Assembly: GCA_964585685.1 (NCBI GenBank)
Contig: CAZPEP010000039.1
Location: 21,043 to 85,042, forward strand
Direction of reading: 5' to 3'
Source of the DNA: an uncultured Eubacteriales bacterium
GTDB lineage: Bacteria; Acidobacteriota; Aminicenantia; Aminicenantales; Saccharicenantaceae
Length of the DNA stretch: 64,000 nucleotides
The notes below the pieces were generated by a model, which saw only the letters and a list, made by a program, of their open reading frames with translations, made no database searches and was not told the DNA's origin. This document shows, piece after piece, positions 45,071 through 54,680 of this stretch; the stretch's first letter is position 1; every line of letters begins with the position of its first letter. The position numbers and the translations under genes were made by a program.

Positions 45071-47380
45071 TCATTTGCCGAGCTCCAACAAAACCGTTGT
45101 TCTGATGTCATGTGAGGAGCTCCCGACCATGATCTCGAACGACCCCGGCTCCACGATCCAGCCTTTTGTGTCGACGTCGTAAAATGCAAAAGCATCCTTT
45201 CCCAGTTCAAACGTCACGGTCCTTTTTTCCCTGGGTCGCAGAGAGATGCGTCGGAATCCCTTGAGCTCCTTGATAGGCCGGACAACCGACGAGGACTGGT
45301 CGCGAACGTACACCTGAACCACTTCATCCCCAGCGCGGGGGCCGGTGTTCTGAATATCGACGCTTGCGGTCGCCGATGTCGGGGAGGATGCCCGTGCCCG
45401 AAGGTTCGAATAGGAAAACGTCGTATAGCTCAACCCGTGGCCGAACGGAAAGAGCGGCCCGACGGGAGAATCTCTGTATTCCTTGTCGCCCCCCGGGAAC
45501 TTGTTATAATAAACGGGGATCTGCCCGACATTCCTGGGGATCGAAACCGGAAGCCGCCCGGCCGGGTTGATATCGCCGAAGAGCGCCTCCGCGACCGCGG
45601 TGCCGGTTTCTTGACCCAAGAACCACCCGGAGAGGATGGCGGGGATGTTTTCGGCGATCCAGGGGATGGACAGGGGGCGGCTTTGAAGCAACACGGCGAC
45701 GATCGGAACGCCCGTGGCATGGATGGCCTTCACCAATTTTTCCTGATAGCCGACGAGATCCAGGCTGTCCGAATCTTCTCCTTCCTTGGCGGTCAACTCG
45801 TTTCCGCCGATGACAAGAACGACTAAGTCCGATTTCTCGGCGGCCTTCACCGCGCCGGAAATATTTTCCTTTCCCCAGTCGATGAGGCTGCAACCTTCTT
45901 CATAAAGAACATCGACATCTTTTCCGACAGATGCCTTGATCCCATCCAAGACGGTGACAAAGTGGCGGGCTTCCGGAGTGGAATACGCCCCCAGGATTTC
46001 CACATTGGCATTGGGCCCGATGACGGCGATCCTTTTTAAGTTTCCTTTATCCAGGGGGAGGTGGTTCCCGTCATTTTTCAGGAGGGTTATGGCTTTTCTG
46101 GCGACCTCGAGGGCGAGCTGATCGTGGGTTGGGTCGTTGATGATCTCTTCCCAGCCTTTTCTCGGCACCCCAAGGCGGTGGAGCTTGTTGAAATAGTCGT
46201 TGGTGCCTTTATCCAGGCCGCGGACGGCCTTTGTATGCTCCATCTCCACATACTCGGGCCATCCCTTAATGGGCCCCAAGCCTTCGTCTCCCGAGGCCAT
46301 GTGGTCTTGCCAAGGGTAGACGGGCTCGCCGTTATCGAACAGGCCAAGCCGGAATTTGGTCCGTAAAACGTTTCCGGCGGCCCGGTCGATCAGCTCAACG
46401 GGAACCTTACCGCCGGCAACAGCTTGGATCAGGTTGGCCCCGTAGACGCGGTCTTTCCATGGCCTTTCGATGGCCAATTCCTGGTCAACGCCAACTTCCA
46501 AGGCCAATCGGGCCGCTTCCGCCAGGGATTCGGCAATGCGTTTCGTCGTGTAGAGGGAGCGGATGTCTCCGTTGTCGCTGATAATGTGCCCCCTGAATCC
46601 ATATGTATCCCTGAGAATCTCATCCAGGATGTATTTATTCGCGTGGCAGGGGATGCCGTTGAGCGCATGATGAGCGGGCATGATGCTGCCGACATGGGCC
46701 TCTTCTACGGCGGCCCGGAACGGAGGGAGAAAGATCTCCTGGAGCCGGCGGATCGAAACGTCCATTTCCGTGCCGTTCAATCCGGCGAGAGGCTGACCGT
46801 CGGCGACATAATGCTTTGCTGAGGCGATGATGTGGTTCTCGTCGAACAATTCCGTCCCGGTGCCCTGGAGCCCTCTGATGTAGGCCACACCTATCCTCGA
46901 CACGAGATAGGGATCTTCGCCGTAGCTTTCTTCCGAGCGCCCCCAACGGGGGTCGATCAACACACCCAGCATCGGGGAATAAACCTGGTGGGTACCCAGG
47001 GCTCGGGCTTCCTTGGCCACGACGGTCCCCACACGTTCGATGATTTCCGGGTCCCAGGTGCTTCCCATGGCCAGGGGTGACGGGAAGCTTGTGGCATGTT
47101 TCAGGCAGATGCCGTGGAGCGCTTCGCCCGCCTGAAGGTGGGGAATTCCCAGTCTCACGACAGCATTGGGATACAGGGTTGCCAGCTGATGGGCCTTCTC
47201 CTCCAGGCTCATTCTCGGAAGCAGGTCGTCGATCCGTTGATCGATCGAGAGGTCGCGGTTTTTATAAGGAGGGATATCAGTGGCCTTGGCCTTTCGCTGG
47301 CACGCGAAGGGCCATCCGGCCAGGAATATGATCATTAGGCCTAAAACGCATTTCTGGGATTGCCTTCGGTCGCTTATCAT
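45071..47380 (-). CDS. Glycoside hydrolase family 3 (beta-glucosidase/xylosidase) with a C-terminal Fn3-like domain
   Basis: GEALHG, RWGRSEESYGEDP, AKHYV, IISDNG nucleophile region, LFPFGHGLSYT, KELKGF; GAGGTG RBS. Confidence 0.93.
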   Translation of the reverse strand: MISDRRQSQKCVLGLMIIFLAGWPFACQRKAKATDIPPYKNRDLSIDQRIDDLLPRMSLEEKAHQLATLYPNAVVRLGIPHLQAGEALHGICLKHATSFPSPLAMGSTWDPEIIERVGTVVAKEARALGTHQVYSPMLGVLIDPRWGRSEESYGEDPYLVSRIGVAYIRGLQGTGTELFDENHIIASAKHYVADGQPLAGLNGTEMDVSIRRLQEIFLPPFRAAVEEAHVGSIMPAHHALNGIPCHANKYILDEILRDTYGFRGHIISDNGDIRSLYTTKRIAESLAEAARLALEVGVDQELAIERPWKDRVYGANLIQAVAGGKVPVELIDRAAGNVLRTKFRLGLFDNGEPVYPWQDHMASGDEGLGPIKGWPEYVEMEHTKAVRGLDKGTNDYFNKLHRLGVPRKGWEEIINDPTHDQLALEVARKAITLLKNDGNHLPLDKGNLKRIAVIGPNANVEILGAYSTPEARHFVTVLDGIKASVGKDVDVLYEEGCSLIDWGKENISGAVKAAEKSDLVVLVIGGNELTAKEGEDSDSLDLVGYQEKLVKAIHATGVPIVAVLLQSRPLSIPWIAENIPAILSGWFLGQETGTAVAEALFGDINPAGRLPVSIPRNVGQIPVYYNKFPGGDKEYRDSPVGPLFPFGHGLSYTTFSYSNLRARASSPTSATASVDIQNTGPRAGDEVVQVYVRDQSSSVVRPIKELKGFRRISLRPREKRTVTFELGKDAFAFYDVDTKGWIVEPGSFEIMVGSSSHDIRTTVLLELGK

Positions 47381-47420
47381 GTTACCCACCTCGGTTTCCG
47401 GGAATCCCTCTTTTCGATTC

Positions 47421-49190
47421 TTACCGATTGATAACAATCGTCTTTTTATCGGTGCCGGCTTTGGGCGCCCGGGCTTCGACCGTCACCAGGATCGGGCCCG
47501 GCCCCGTTGGCCGGATGGTCCAGACCGCCGTTTTCGTCGACCTGTCCTGTCCTTCGATCCAGTAGAGGATATAGGCCCATTTTCCCAGGATGTGGCCCAA
47601 GCTTTGCACGCTGTTCCCTTCCAGCACTCCGGCTCCCGTGACCTTGATCTCACTTAACGCCGGATAGTCCCTTCGAATCTGAATAGCATTACGCGTGACA
47701 TAGGTCGACAGACAGCCCTCATTACGGACGATCGCCGCGATCTTGAATTTTCCGTCCGGCGTCGGAGTGGCGGTCAGGTCTTTGATCCGAAGGAGCGGCG
47801 ACAAATCGGCCACGTAAAGGAGCCAATCATACTGAGACTCGCAATCGAACTTTGCCCGGTCCCCCACAGCCGGGGGGATGCCGCGCGATCCTCCGATCTC
47901 GACTTTGCCCAAAATGGGGTGGTCGTAGGATACCCAGGGCGAAAAATACTTGTTTTTCATATCTTCTCTCGCCCACCTTTCGAGTTCGGGGATGGTGACA
48001 TAGCCATCCTTGTCGTAGTCGACTCCCGATCCCGAGATCTCCGGCAGAACGCAGTGGAGCCCCGCGTGGGAATAGACGAAGTCGCTCATGAACCCGGCCA
48101 TGGTCGGGCCATAGCCCTTCTGGTTCCCCTTCTCATCCTCTTCGCTCGTGTTGAAAAGGAAACTGTAGTAATTGTTCTCGATGATATTGCCAGCGCTCAG
48201 GTAGGACCAGATAGCTCCTGCCCTGACATAGAAATCGTTGTCCTCGTGGTGCATTTCCTCATAAGGGTGGTCCATGAGCGGGCGGACGAGATAGCTTCGG
48301 CCCTCGCTCTCCCCGCCGCCGGAATGGATCGAATAGACAAAGAAGACATTCCTGTGAGTGGTCATGAGAAGGTCGGCTACCGCCCTCAGTTCCGGCCGTG
48401 AGAACGGATAGGGGCCCGCGCCGGGCTCTTCCGGCAGCCATTCCGCCGACCAGTTCCGGTTGAAGTCCGCGGCCTCCCGTTCGCCGGTCAGCTCATCCCG
48501 CTGTCTTCTGTTCATGAACGGCGTATCCGCGGAAAGTGGGAGAGCGTCCGGTCCCTCCTGGTAGAATCGGAACCCTCCTTCCCGGGCCGTGTCCTTGACC
48601 CGCATTTGAGTGATATAGCCGTCCCCGTCCAGGTCTCGCCCACGATGCTGAACGGGGTCGTGACCGGGCCACGCGGGATGACGGGTCAGCTCCCTCTCTC
48701 CGCCATCGGCGTCGAACACGGGAAGGATATAGAACGCACGGCTGTCGACGAGCCTTGTGACGTCCGGATTCTTGCCGTACTCGGCGAGCAGGCGTTCGAT
48801 GAAGTACGACAGGTAGAGACGGCCGGTGATCTCGCCGGCATGGATGTTGGCGTCCAGCCAGACGGCGGGCTTGGATGTCCCCGGCCCGGTCCTCTCGTTG
48901 GTGATCTCCATCACCATCATGTTCCGGCCTTCCCCGGTATTGCCGATGACCATGGTCCGGGCGATCTGAGGGTACTTCCGCGCCAGCTCCTGAAGGCGAC
49001 TATTGACTTCGGCATGAAGGGGGTAGGGCCAGCGATTGAAATCAAAGCCGAAGTCCAGGGGAGGCGCACTCCTGTGACCCATGTCGGCTTCGATGGCCCA
49101 AGGGTCAATAAGGGAAAAGACCAATAGAAACAAGGATAAAACCAGAACCGTCGGTGGCGTGTGGGGTGTCCGCCAGGCTCGCATGTTCAT
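47421..49190 (-). CDS. Secreted M14 zinc carboxypeptidase family protein
   Basis: DANIHAGE, DFNRNW, SIHSG; signal-like N-terminus; AGGAGG RBS. Confidence 0.88.
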   Translation of the reverse strand: MNMRAWRTPHTPPTVLVLSLFLLVFSLIDPWAIEADMGHRSAPPLDFGFDFNRWPYPLHAEVNSRLQELARKYPQIARTMVIGNTGEGRNMMVMEITNERTGPGTSKPAVWLDANIHAGEITGRLYLSYFIERLLAEYGKNPDVTRLVDSRAFYILPVFDADGGERELTRHPAWPGHDPVQHRGRDLDGDGYITQMRVKDTAREGGFRFYQEGPDALPLSADTPFMNRRQRDELTGEREAADFNRNWSAEWLPEEPGAGPYPFSRPELRAVADLLMTTHRNVFFVYSIHSGGGESEGRSYLVRPLMDHPYEEMHHEDNDFYVRAGAIWSYLSAGNIIENNYYSFLFNTSEEDEKGNQKGYGPTMAGFMSDFVYSHAGLHCVLPEISGSGVDYDKDGYVTIPELERWAREDMKNKYFSPWVSYDHPILGKVEIGGSRGIPPAVGDRAKFDCESQYDWLLYVADLSPLLRIKDLTATPTPDGKFKIAAIVRNEGCLSTYVTRNAIQIRRDYPALSEIKVTGAGVLEGNSVQSLGHILGKWAYILYWIEGQDRSTKTAVWTIRPTGPGPILVTVEARAPKAGTDKKTIVINR

Positions 49191-49522
49191 TCCTCCTCCT
49201 CTTGCTTTGTATTCCGAATATGTCAATTATTTTAATGCATATGTTATCGTATTGTGAATAATTATATATAGAATAGAATAATTAATCGCTTATGATTATA
49301 CATATTCAATTTCTCGGCCTCAAGAAGAGGCTCGGCCTATCCCGCGGGGCATGCCGCCGGCCTTTCTTCGGAGAGAAAAACGAACCGGACGGCGTTGCGT
49401 TTTTTCTTCCCCCTGGGCATGATAAACTCGCGTTCCGCTCGGAGACTCGGATGATCGCATGGCCGAACAAGCTTTCCGCATAGAGAGAGCGGAGATAATC
49501 CGAGATCAAAAAAGGAGGATCC

Positions 49523-50419
49523 GTGACAAAAGAAAAAGGGCCCTGGATTCCAAAGATCATCGGAGATTGGTGGCAGATCGCGGGGAATCCGGATCTGGGA
49601 GCATACCAGACCGATCGTCAACAGCCGCTGGATTTTGCCATCTGGCAGGCGATGGACGGAACATGGCAGGTATGGTCGTGTGTCCGGCGGACCGCCTGCG
49701 GAGGCCACAACCGGCTTTTTTATCGCTGGGAAGGCGACAAGCTCACGGATCAGAACTGGCGGCCCAAGGGCATCGCCATGATGGCCGATCCGAATTTCGG
49801 GGAGACCGAGGGGGGCCTTCAAGCCCCATATGTCATTCGGATTAAGGACACCTTTTATATGTTCTATGGGGATTGGGTCCATATCTGCCTGGCCGTCGGG
49901 TGGGACGGGAAAACATTTGCCCGCCGCCTGAACGCCGACAGCCTGTCCGGGTTGTTTGCGGAAAAACCCGGCACCAGTACTCGGGACCCCATGGTGATGG
50001 CCTACCGTGACCGATATTACGTGTACTACACGGGAGTTCCCGAGGGGCTGGGGGCGATTTTTTGCCGCACTTCACCCGATCCATTTTCTTGGGGGAATTC
50101 CGTCATCGTCTCCTCCGGCGGGAGCGCCGGGAACGGTCCTTCCGACGCGGAATGCCCATTCGTGTCTTATCTCCCGCACGACGATGCTTTCTATCTATTC
50201 CGAGCTCATCCCGATCAAAACAGCGGAGAGTACAAGACCTCGATCTATCGGTCAGCCGACCCCCTGAATTTCGGCGTGGATTCCGATAAGGACCTCGTGG
50301 GAAGCCTGCCTTTCGAAGTCGTGAGGATCATTCAAGAAGGACCGGATCTCTTTATATCCGCCTTGAAACCAGATTACACGGGGATCAGGCTTGCCAGGAT
50401 GAAATGGGTTCAGGTATGA
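49523..50419 (+). CDS. Five-bladed beta-propeller glycoside hydrolase-like protein (GH32/GH43 clan-like)
   Basis: PLDFAI, LQAPYV, RDPMV, AECPFV acidic motifs; AAGGAGG RBS before GTG; no signal peptide. Confidence 0.65.
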   Translation: MTKEKGPWIPKIIGDWWQIAGNPDLGAYQTDRQQPLDFAIWQAMDGTWQVWSCVRRTACGGHNRLFYRWEGDKLTDQNWRPKGIAMMADPNFGETEGGLQAPYVIRIKDTFYMFYGDWVHICLAVGWDGKTFARRLNADSLSGLFAEKPGTSTRDPMVMAYRDRYYVYYTGVPEGLGAIFCRTSPDPFSWGNSVIVSSGGSAGNGPSDAECPFVSYLPHDDAFYLFRAHPDQNSGEYKTSIYRSADPLNFGVDSDKDLVGSLPFEVVRIIQEGPDLFISALKPDYTGIRLARMKWVQV

Positions 50420-50478
50420 GTAGAGGGACGGGTCACCGCCGAACGGATCATGGCAGGCCGGTCATTCTCAGGACGCCG

Positions 50479-51516
50479 TTAGAGAACCTGCGCTTTCATC
50501 CAGCCGGCCGTGTTATGAAAATTGGCCACATTGCTGCCGGGGGGGACAAGATTGTCGCAGGCTTCCCTCAGCTCTTTGGAGAGGGTCATTTCCAGGACCG
50601 GCAGCAGGTCTTCAAGATGCTCCATCTTCTCGGGACCGATCAAAGGCGCGGTGATGCCCGGCTGGTCCTTACACCATAGAACTCCCAGCTGAGCCGGCGT
50701 CAGACCCGCATCATGGGCCAACTTGGAGAATTTCTTGCCGACCTCAATGCCTTTTCGCGTCACACGATCGGCATAAAATCCTCCGCGCAATGCGGCTCGC
50801 GAATCCGGGGGAAAGACGCCTTCCTTGTCATAGACGCCGGCTAAGATGCCCATCGCCAGGGGAGACCAGGTGATGATTCCCAGGCCGTACTTTTGTGTCA
50901 TGGGGATCAATTCGTTCTCGATGCGCCGGTCCAACAGGTTGTAGGGGGATTGTTCCGTAGCAAATCGCACATAACCCTTCATTTCGCTGAGGAGGATCGC
51001 TTCCATCACCGCCCACGCCGGAAAGGTGGAGCACCCGACATATCGGATCTTCCCCTGACGGACGAGGTCCGTCAGCGCACCCAAGGTCTCCTCGATGTGC
51101 ACGGTCAGGTCCTGACGGTGGATCTGGTAGAGGTCGATATAATCCGTTTGGAAGCGTTTCAAGGACCCTTCAACCGCACGCATGATGTTCAGTCGCGTCG
51201 GACCGTTTTGATTGGGACCGAGCTCAGGGACGAACTCATCCAGGGTCAATCCAGGACGGCGCTGCCCATGATCACACTTTGTGGCCAGCAGTACCGAAGG
51301 ACGCAGGCCGCTTTCCTTCAGGGTTCGACCGATGATCCGCTCGCCTTCCCCTTCCGCATAGGAATCGCCTGTATCGAAAAGATTGATTCCGGCCTCCACG
51401 GCGCGAAGCAACATCGCCGCCGATTCCTTCTCCGGCACCGGGTCTGCAAAGCAGTCCGTTCCAAAACAGAGGGGTGAAACGTTCACTCCGGTTCGTCCTA
51501 AAGTCCGATATTGCAT
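50479..51516 (-). CDS. Aldo/keto reductase
   Basis: VSPLCFGT, FDTGDSY, SLKRFQTDYIDLYQIH, GKIRYVGCS, QSPYNLL, WSPLAMG. Confidence 0.95.
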   Translation of the reverse strand: MQYRTLGRTGVNVSPLCFGTDCFADPVPEKESAAMLLRAVEAGINLFDTGDSYAEGEGERIIGRTLKESGLRPSVLLATKCDHGQRRPGLTLDEFVPELGPNQNGPTRLNIMRAVEGSLKRFQTDYIDLYQIHRQDLTVHIEETLGALTDLVRQGKIRYVGCSTFPAWAVMEAILLSEMKGYVRFATEQSPYNLLDRRIENELIPMTQKYGLGIITWSPLAMGILAGVYDKEGVFPPDSRAALRGGFYADRVTRKGIEVGKKFSKLAHDAGLTPAQLGVLWCKDQPGITAPLIGPEKMEHLEDLLPVLEMTLSKELREACDNLVPPGSNVANFHNTAGWMKAQVL

Positions 51517-51776
51517 GTCCTACCTCCCGTCAAAACGGATGGCTTCCGCCCCACTCTTCGTCTCAGAAATTCCGAGAGTGAGGGGGCCATAGCATTGTCC
51601 TTGTTTATTCTAACAAAAACGTAATAAAAACCAACAATTATAATATATGATCGAATATGTCAATAGCTATTCTCTGAATGTCACATATAAGTTGCAATTT
51701 GTAAATATATTGTTAATATTAATTACCGATGTTAAAATCAATTGGGCTATCTTCGGATACGAGTTCATTCTAGGAT

Positions 51777-52814
51777 GTGACGGAGATGACGCAGGAGAAC
51801 AGGGGCTATCGCCTCAACCTTTTCCTCCTGGCGATGGTGGTCGCCTTTGCAGCCGGCTGCCCAGCTTCCAAGAAGACTCCGAGGCCGGCAGAGCAGAAAG
51901 CCAGGAAGATCGTTTTGAAAGTGGCTCACAACGGGAACGAGAAGCATCCTTTCCAAAAAGGTTTTGAGGAGTTCAAGCGGATCCTCGAGGCAGAGACAAA
52001 GGGAGTTGTAGAGGTCCAGATCTTCCCCGGTGCCCAGCTCGGCTCCGAGCAGGAGGCGACCCAGATGGTCAAATTGGGTCTCTTGGCCGCCAATGCCTCC
52101 GCAGCGGCGGGAGGGTTGGCGACCTCGGTTCCGGAAGCCGAGCTCTTTAACCTGCCTTTCATTTTTCGCGATCTGGACCACTGCTACCGGGTCATCGATG
52201 GACCCATCGGCCAGGATTTGGCCCGGATCATCGAGAAGAAGCTCAATTGCGTCGTCCTTGGATTCTGGTTTTCCGGAATCCGGAATGTCTGGAACTCGAA
52301 AAGGCCGGTTCGGACTCCCGCTGATCTCAAGGGCATCAAGATAAGGGTCATGGCTAGCCCGATGTCGATCGAAAGCTTCAACATGCTGGGGGCGCAGGCA
52401 ACCCCCATGGCCTTTGGGGAATTGTACTCCGCTCTTCAGACAAAAGTCGTTGACGGCGCAGAGACCGACCACTTGGATCTTTTGTATGAGAAATTCTATG
52501 AAGTCACAAAATATGTCTCGTTGACCAACCACATGTATGCGGTCGTCGGCCTGATCTTCAGCAAGAAGATATTCGACAAATTGCCTTCTGACGTTCAAGC
52601 GATTGTCGTGAAAGCCGGCCGCGCTTCGGTGACCGCGGAAAGGGAATCGATGGCTGTTTTGACGGCATCGGCGCTCGAGGAACTCAAGACACGCGGGCTC
52701 GCATTCATCGACGTGGAGAGGGGCCTCTTCCGGGAGAAAACGAAAGGTGTTTATGAAAGGAATGCGCAGAGGGTCGGAGGAATGAACCTCATCAAGAAGG
52801 TGATCGATTATTAA
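51777..52814 (+). CDS. dctP: TRAP transporter substrate-binding lipoprotein
   Basis: Lipobox AAGC; IFPGAQLG, DLKGIKIRV, ELYSALQTKVVDG. Confidence 0.92.
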   Translation: MTEMTQENRGYRLNLFLLAMVVAFAAGCPASKKTPRPAEQKARKIVLKVAHNGNEKHPFQKGFEEFKRILEAETKGVVEVQIFPGAQLGSEQEATQMVKLGLLAANASAAAGGLATSVPEAELFNLPFIFRDLDHCYRVIDGPIGQDLARIIEKKLNCVVLGFWFSGIRNVWNSKRPVRTPADLKGIKIRVMASPMSIESFNMLGAQATPMAFGELYSALQTKVVDGAETDHLDLLYEKFYEVTKYVSLTNHMYAVVGLIFSKKIFDKLPSDVQAIVVKAGRASVTAERESMAVLTASALEELKTRGLAFIDVERGLFREKTKGVYERNAQRVGGMNLIKKVIDY

Positions 52815-52818
52815 GAAC

Positions 52819-53322
52819 ATGGACACGAAAAGAACGACGCCCAATAGGATCCTCAAGGATCCTCTGGAACTGGTCCTGTCGCTGATCCTCATCGGCATCG
52901 TTGGCGTTACGTTCATCCAGGTTCTCTTTCGTTACGTGTTCCGTCTCTCGCTCGCCTGGTCCGAGGAGGTTGCCAGATACCTGTTCTTTTGGCTGGGCGC
53001 GCTGGCTTCTGCGTACGCCTTCAAAACAAAGTCGCATTTCGCTTTGACGTTTCTTGTCAACCGGTTGGGGGGAAGGCTCAAGCGTTGGGTCGGTGCGTTT
53101 GCGGTCTTTATCGTTTCCGGATTTCTCCTGCTCTTCATATGGAAATCCCTGGAATTCAGCATCAGCATGGCGAGGCAGATCGCGCCCAGCACAAGGATTT
53201 CGATGGCCGTGCCGTATTCTTCGGCCTGGGTGGGCGGAATCCTGATGCTCTATTATGTGCTGAGGAATTGGTGGTCGGATCGACACGTCAAGAGAGAGGA
53301 AGAATCGAGCCCGGGGGAATAA
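52819..53322 (+). CDS. dctQ: TRAP transporter small permease
   Basis: QVLFRYVF...WSEEVARY; four TM; between dctP and dctM. Confidence 0.9.
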   Translation: MDTKRTTPNRILKDPLELVLSLILIGIVGVTFIQVLFRYVFRLSLAWSEEVARYLFFWLGALASAYAFKTKSHFALTFLVNRLGGRLKRWVGAFAVFIVSGFLLLFIWKSLEFSISMARQIAPSTRISMAVPYSSAWVGGILMLYYVLRNWWSDRHVKREEESSPGE

Positions 53323-54605
53323 TGGGACTCGTCATACTGATCGTTTTCTTCGCGGCCCTGGCGCTTTCCGTCCCGATCGGGATCGCTCTCGGCGTCGCGG
53401 CCCTCTCGGGCTTGATGTTCATCTCTTTCGACCCGGAACTGATCATCTTGCTTCCGCAGAAGTTCATGGCCGGCCTGGATTCGTTCCCGATGTTAGCCAT
53501 TCCCCTGTTCATTCTGGCCGGCGCCATCATGTCCCGGGGCGGCATCGCCCGGCGTATCGTCGATCTTGCCCTCGTGTTCTTCGGGCGCATTCGGGGGGGG
53601 CTGGGGATCGTCGTCACGGTTTCGACGTTCTTTTTCGGCGCTATCTGCGGCTCCGGAAGCGCCAAGACGGCGGCCATAGGGTCCGTGATGTTCCCGGAGA
53701 TGAAAAGGAAAGGGTACCCGCCGGATCTGGCCACGGCCATCATTGCAGCTGCAGGGGGGGCCTCGTCCCTCATCCCCCCCTCCATCGATCTCATCATCAT
53801 CGGCGTTGTCGCGAACATATCGATCGGGGGGCTGTTCGCGGCAGGCATCCTTCCCTCGCTCGTAAGCCTGGTCGCCCTGGTTGTCTTGGTTTATTTTACG
53901 GCCAAAAAGCTTGACCTTCCCATGGGCCCGAAGATTCCCCGGAGAAAGAAACTCGAGATCATCCGAGACGGGATTCCCCCCATGTTCTTGGTCGTGATCG
54001 TCTTGGGAGGGATCTATGGAGGGGTCTTCACGCCGACGGAAGCGGCCGCCGTTGCCGTGGTCTACGGGTTCTGCCTTTCTTTTTTCGTTTATAAAGAATT
54101 GAAACCGGCGGACCTGAAAAAATCCCTCCTGCAGACCGCCTCCCTGTCGGGAGTGGTTTTGATCATGCTCGGGACCGCGTCGATGGTCTCCTTCGTCATG
54201 ACGTTCGAGCGCATCCCTCAACAGATCGCTGCCGCGATCACGCAGTATGCGTCCAACTGGGTCATTTTCGTCATGTTCATCAATGTCGTTTTCCTCATTC
54301 TCGGCATGTTCATGGATGCCCTCCCGGCCATCATCGTCTTGATGCCTATCCTCGTCCCGGCGGCGGCATCCCTGGGAATGGACCCCATTCATCTCGGGAT
54401 CCTGGTCGAGGCCAATGTGGGACTGGGGATGATCACCCCTCCGGTGGGGATTTGTCTGTATGTGGCCTGCGGAATCAGCGGAATTTCCATCGAGAAGAGC
54501 ATTCGGGCCCTGATGCCGTTCATGTTGGTCATGCTGATCGCCCTCCTCGTGATCAGCTATGTTCCTCAAGTCACCCTATTCCTGCCGAGGCTGTTAGGAT
54601 ATTGA
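53322..54605 (+). CDS. dctM: TRAP transporter large permease
   Basis: SFPMLAIPLFILAG, GVFTPTEAAA, GMITPPVG; ATG overlaps the dctQ stop. Confidence 0.93.
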   Translation: MGLVILIVFFAALALSVPIGIALGVAALSGLMFISFDPELIILLPQKFMAGLDSFPMLAIPLFILAGAIMSRGGIARRIVDLALVFFGRIRGGLGIVVTVSTFFFGAICGSGSAKTAAIGSVMFPEMKRKGYPPDLATAIIAAAGGASSLIPPSIDLIIIGVVANISIGGLFAAGILPSLVSLVALVVLVYFTAKKLDLPMGPKIPRRKKLEIIRDGIPPMFLVVIVLGGIYGGVFTPTEAAAVAVVYGFCLSFFVYKELKPADLKKSLLQTASLSGVVLIMLGTASMVSFVMTFERIPQQIAAAITQYASNWVIFVMFINVVFLILGMFMDALPAIIVLMPILVPAAASLGMDPIHLGILVEANVGLGMITPPVGICLYVACGISGISIEKSIRALMPFMLVMLIALLVISYVPQVTLFLPRLLGY

Positions 54606-54680
54606 GGTGGTTCTTCCTTTGAATGCAGAAATGACCGTAGACATTAGAAACGACGACAGAGTAAGGAGGCGGTTGAGCCT

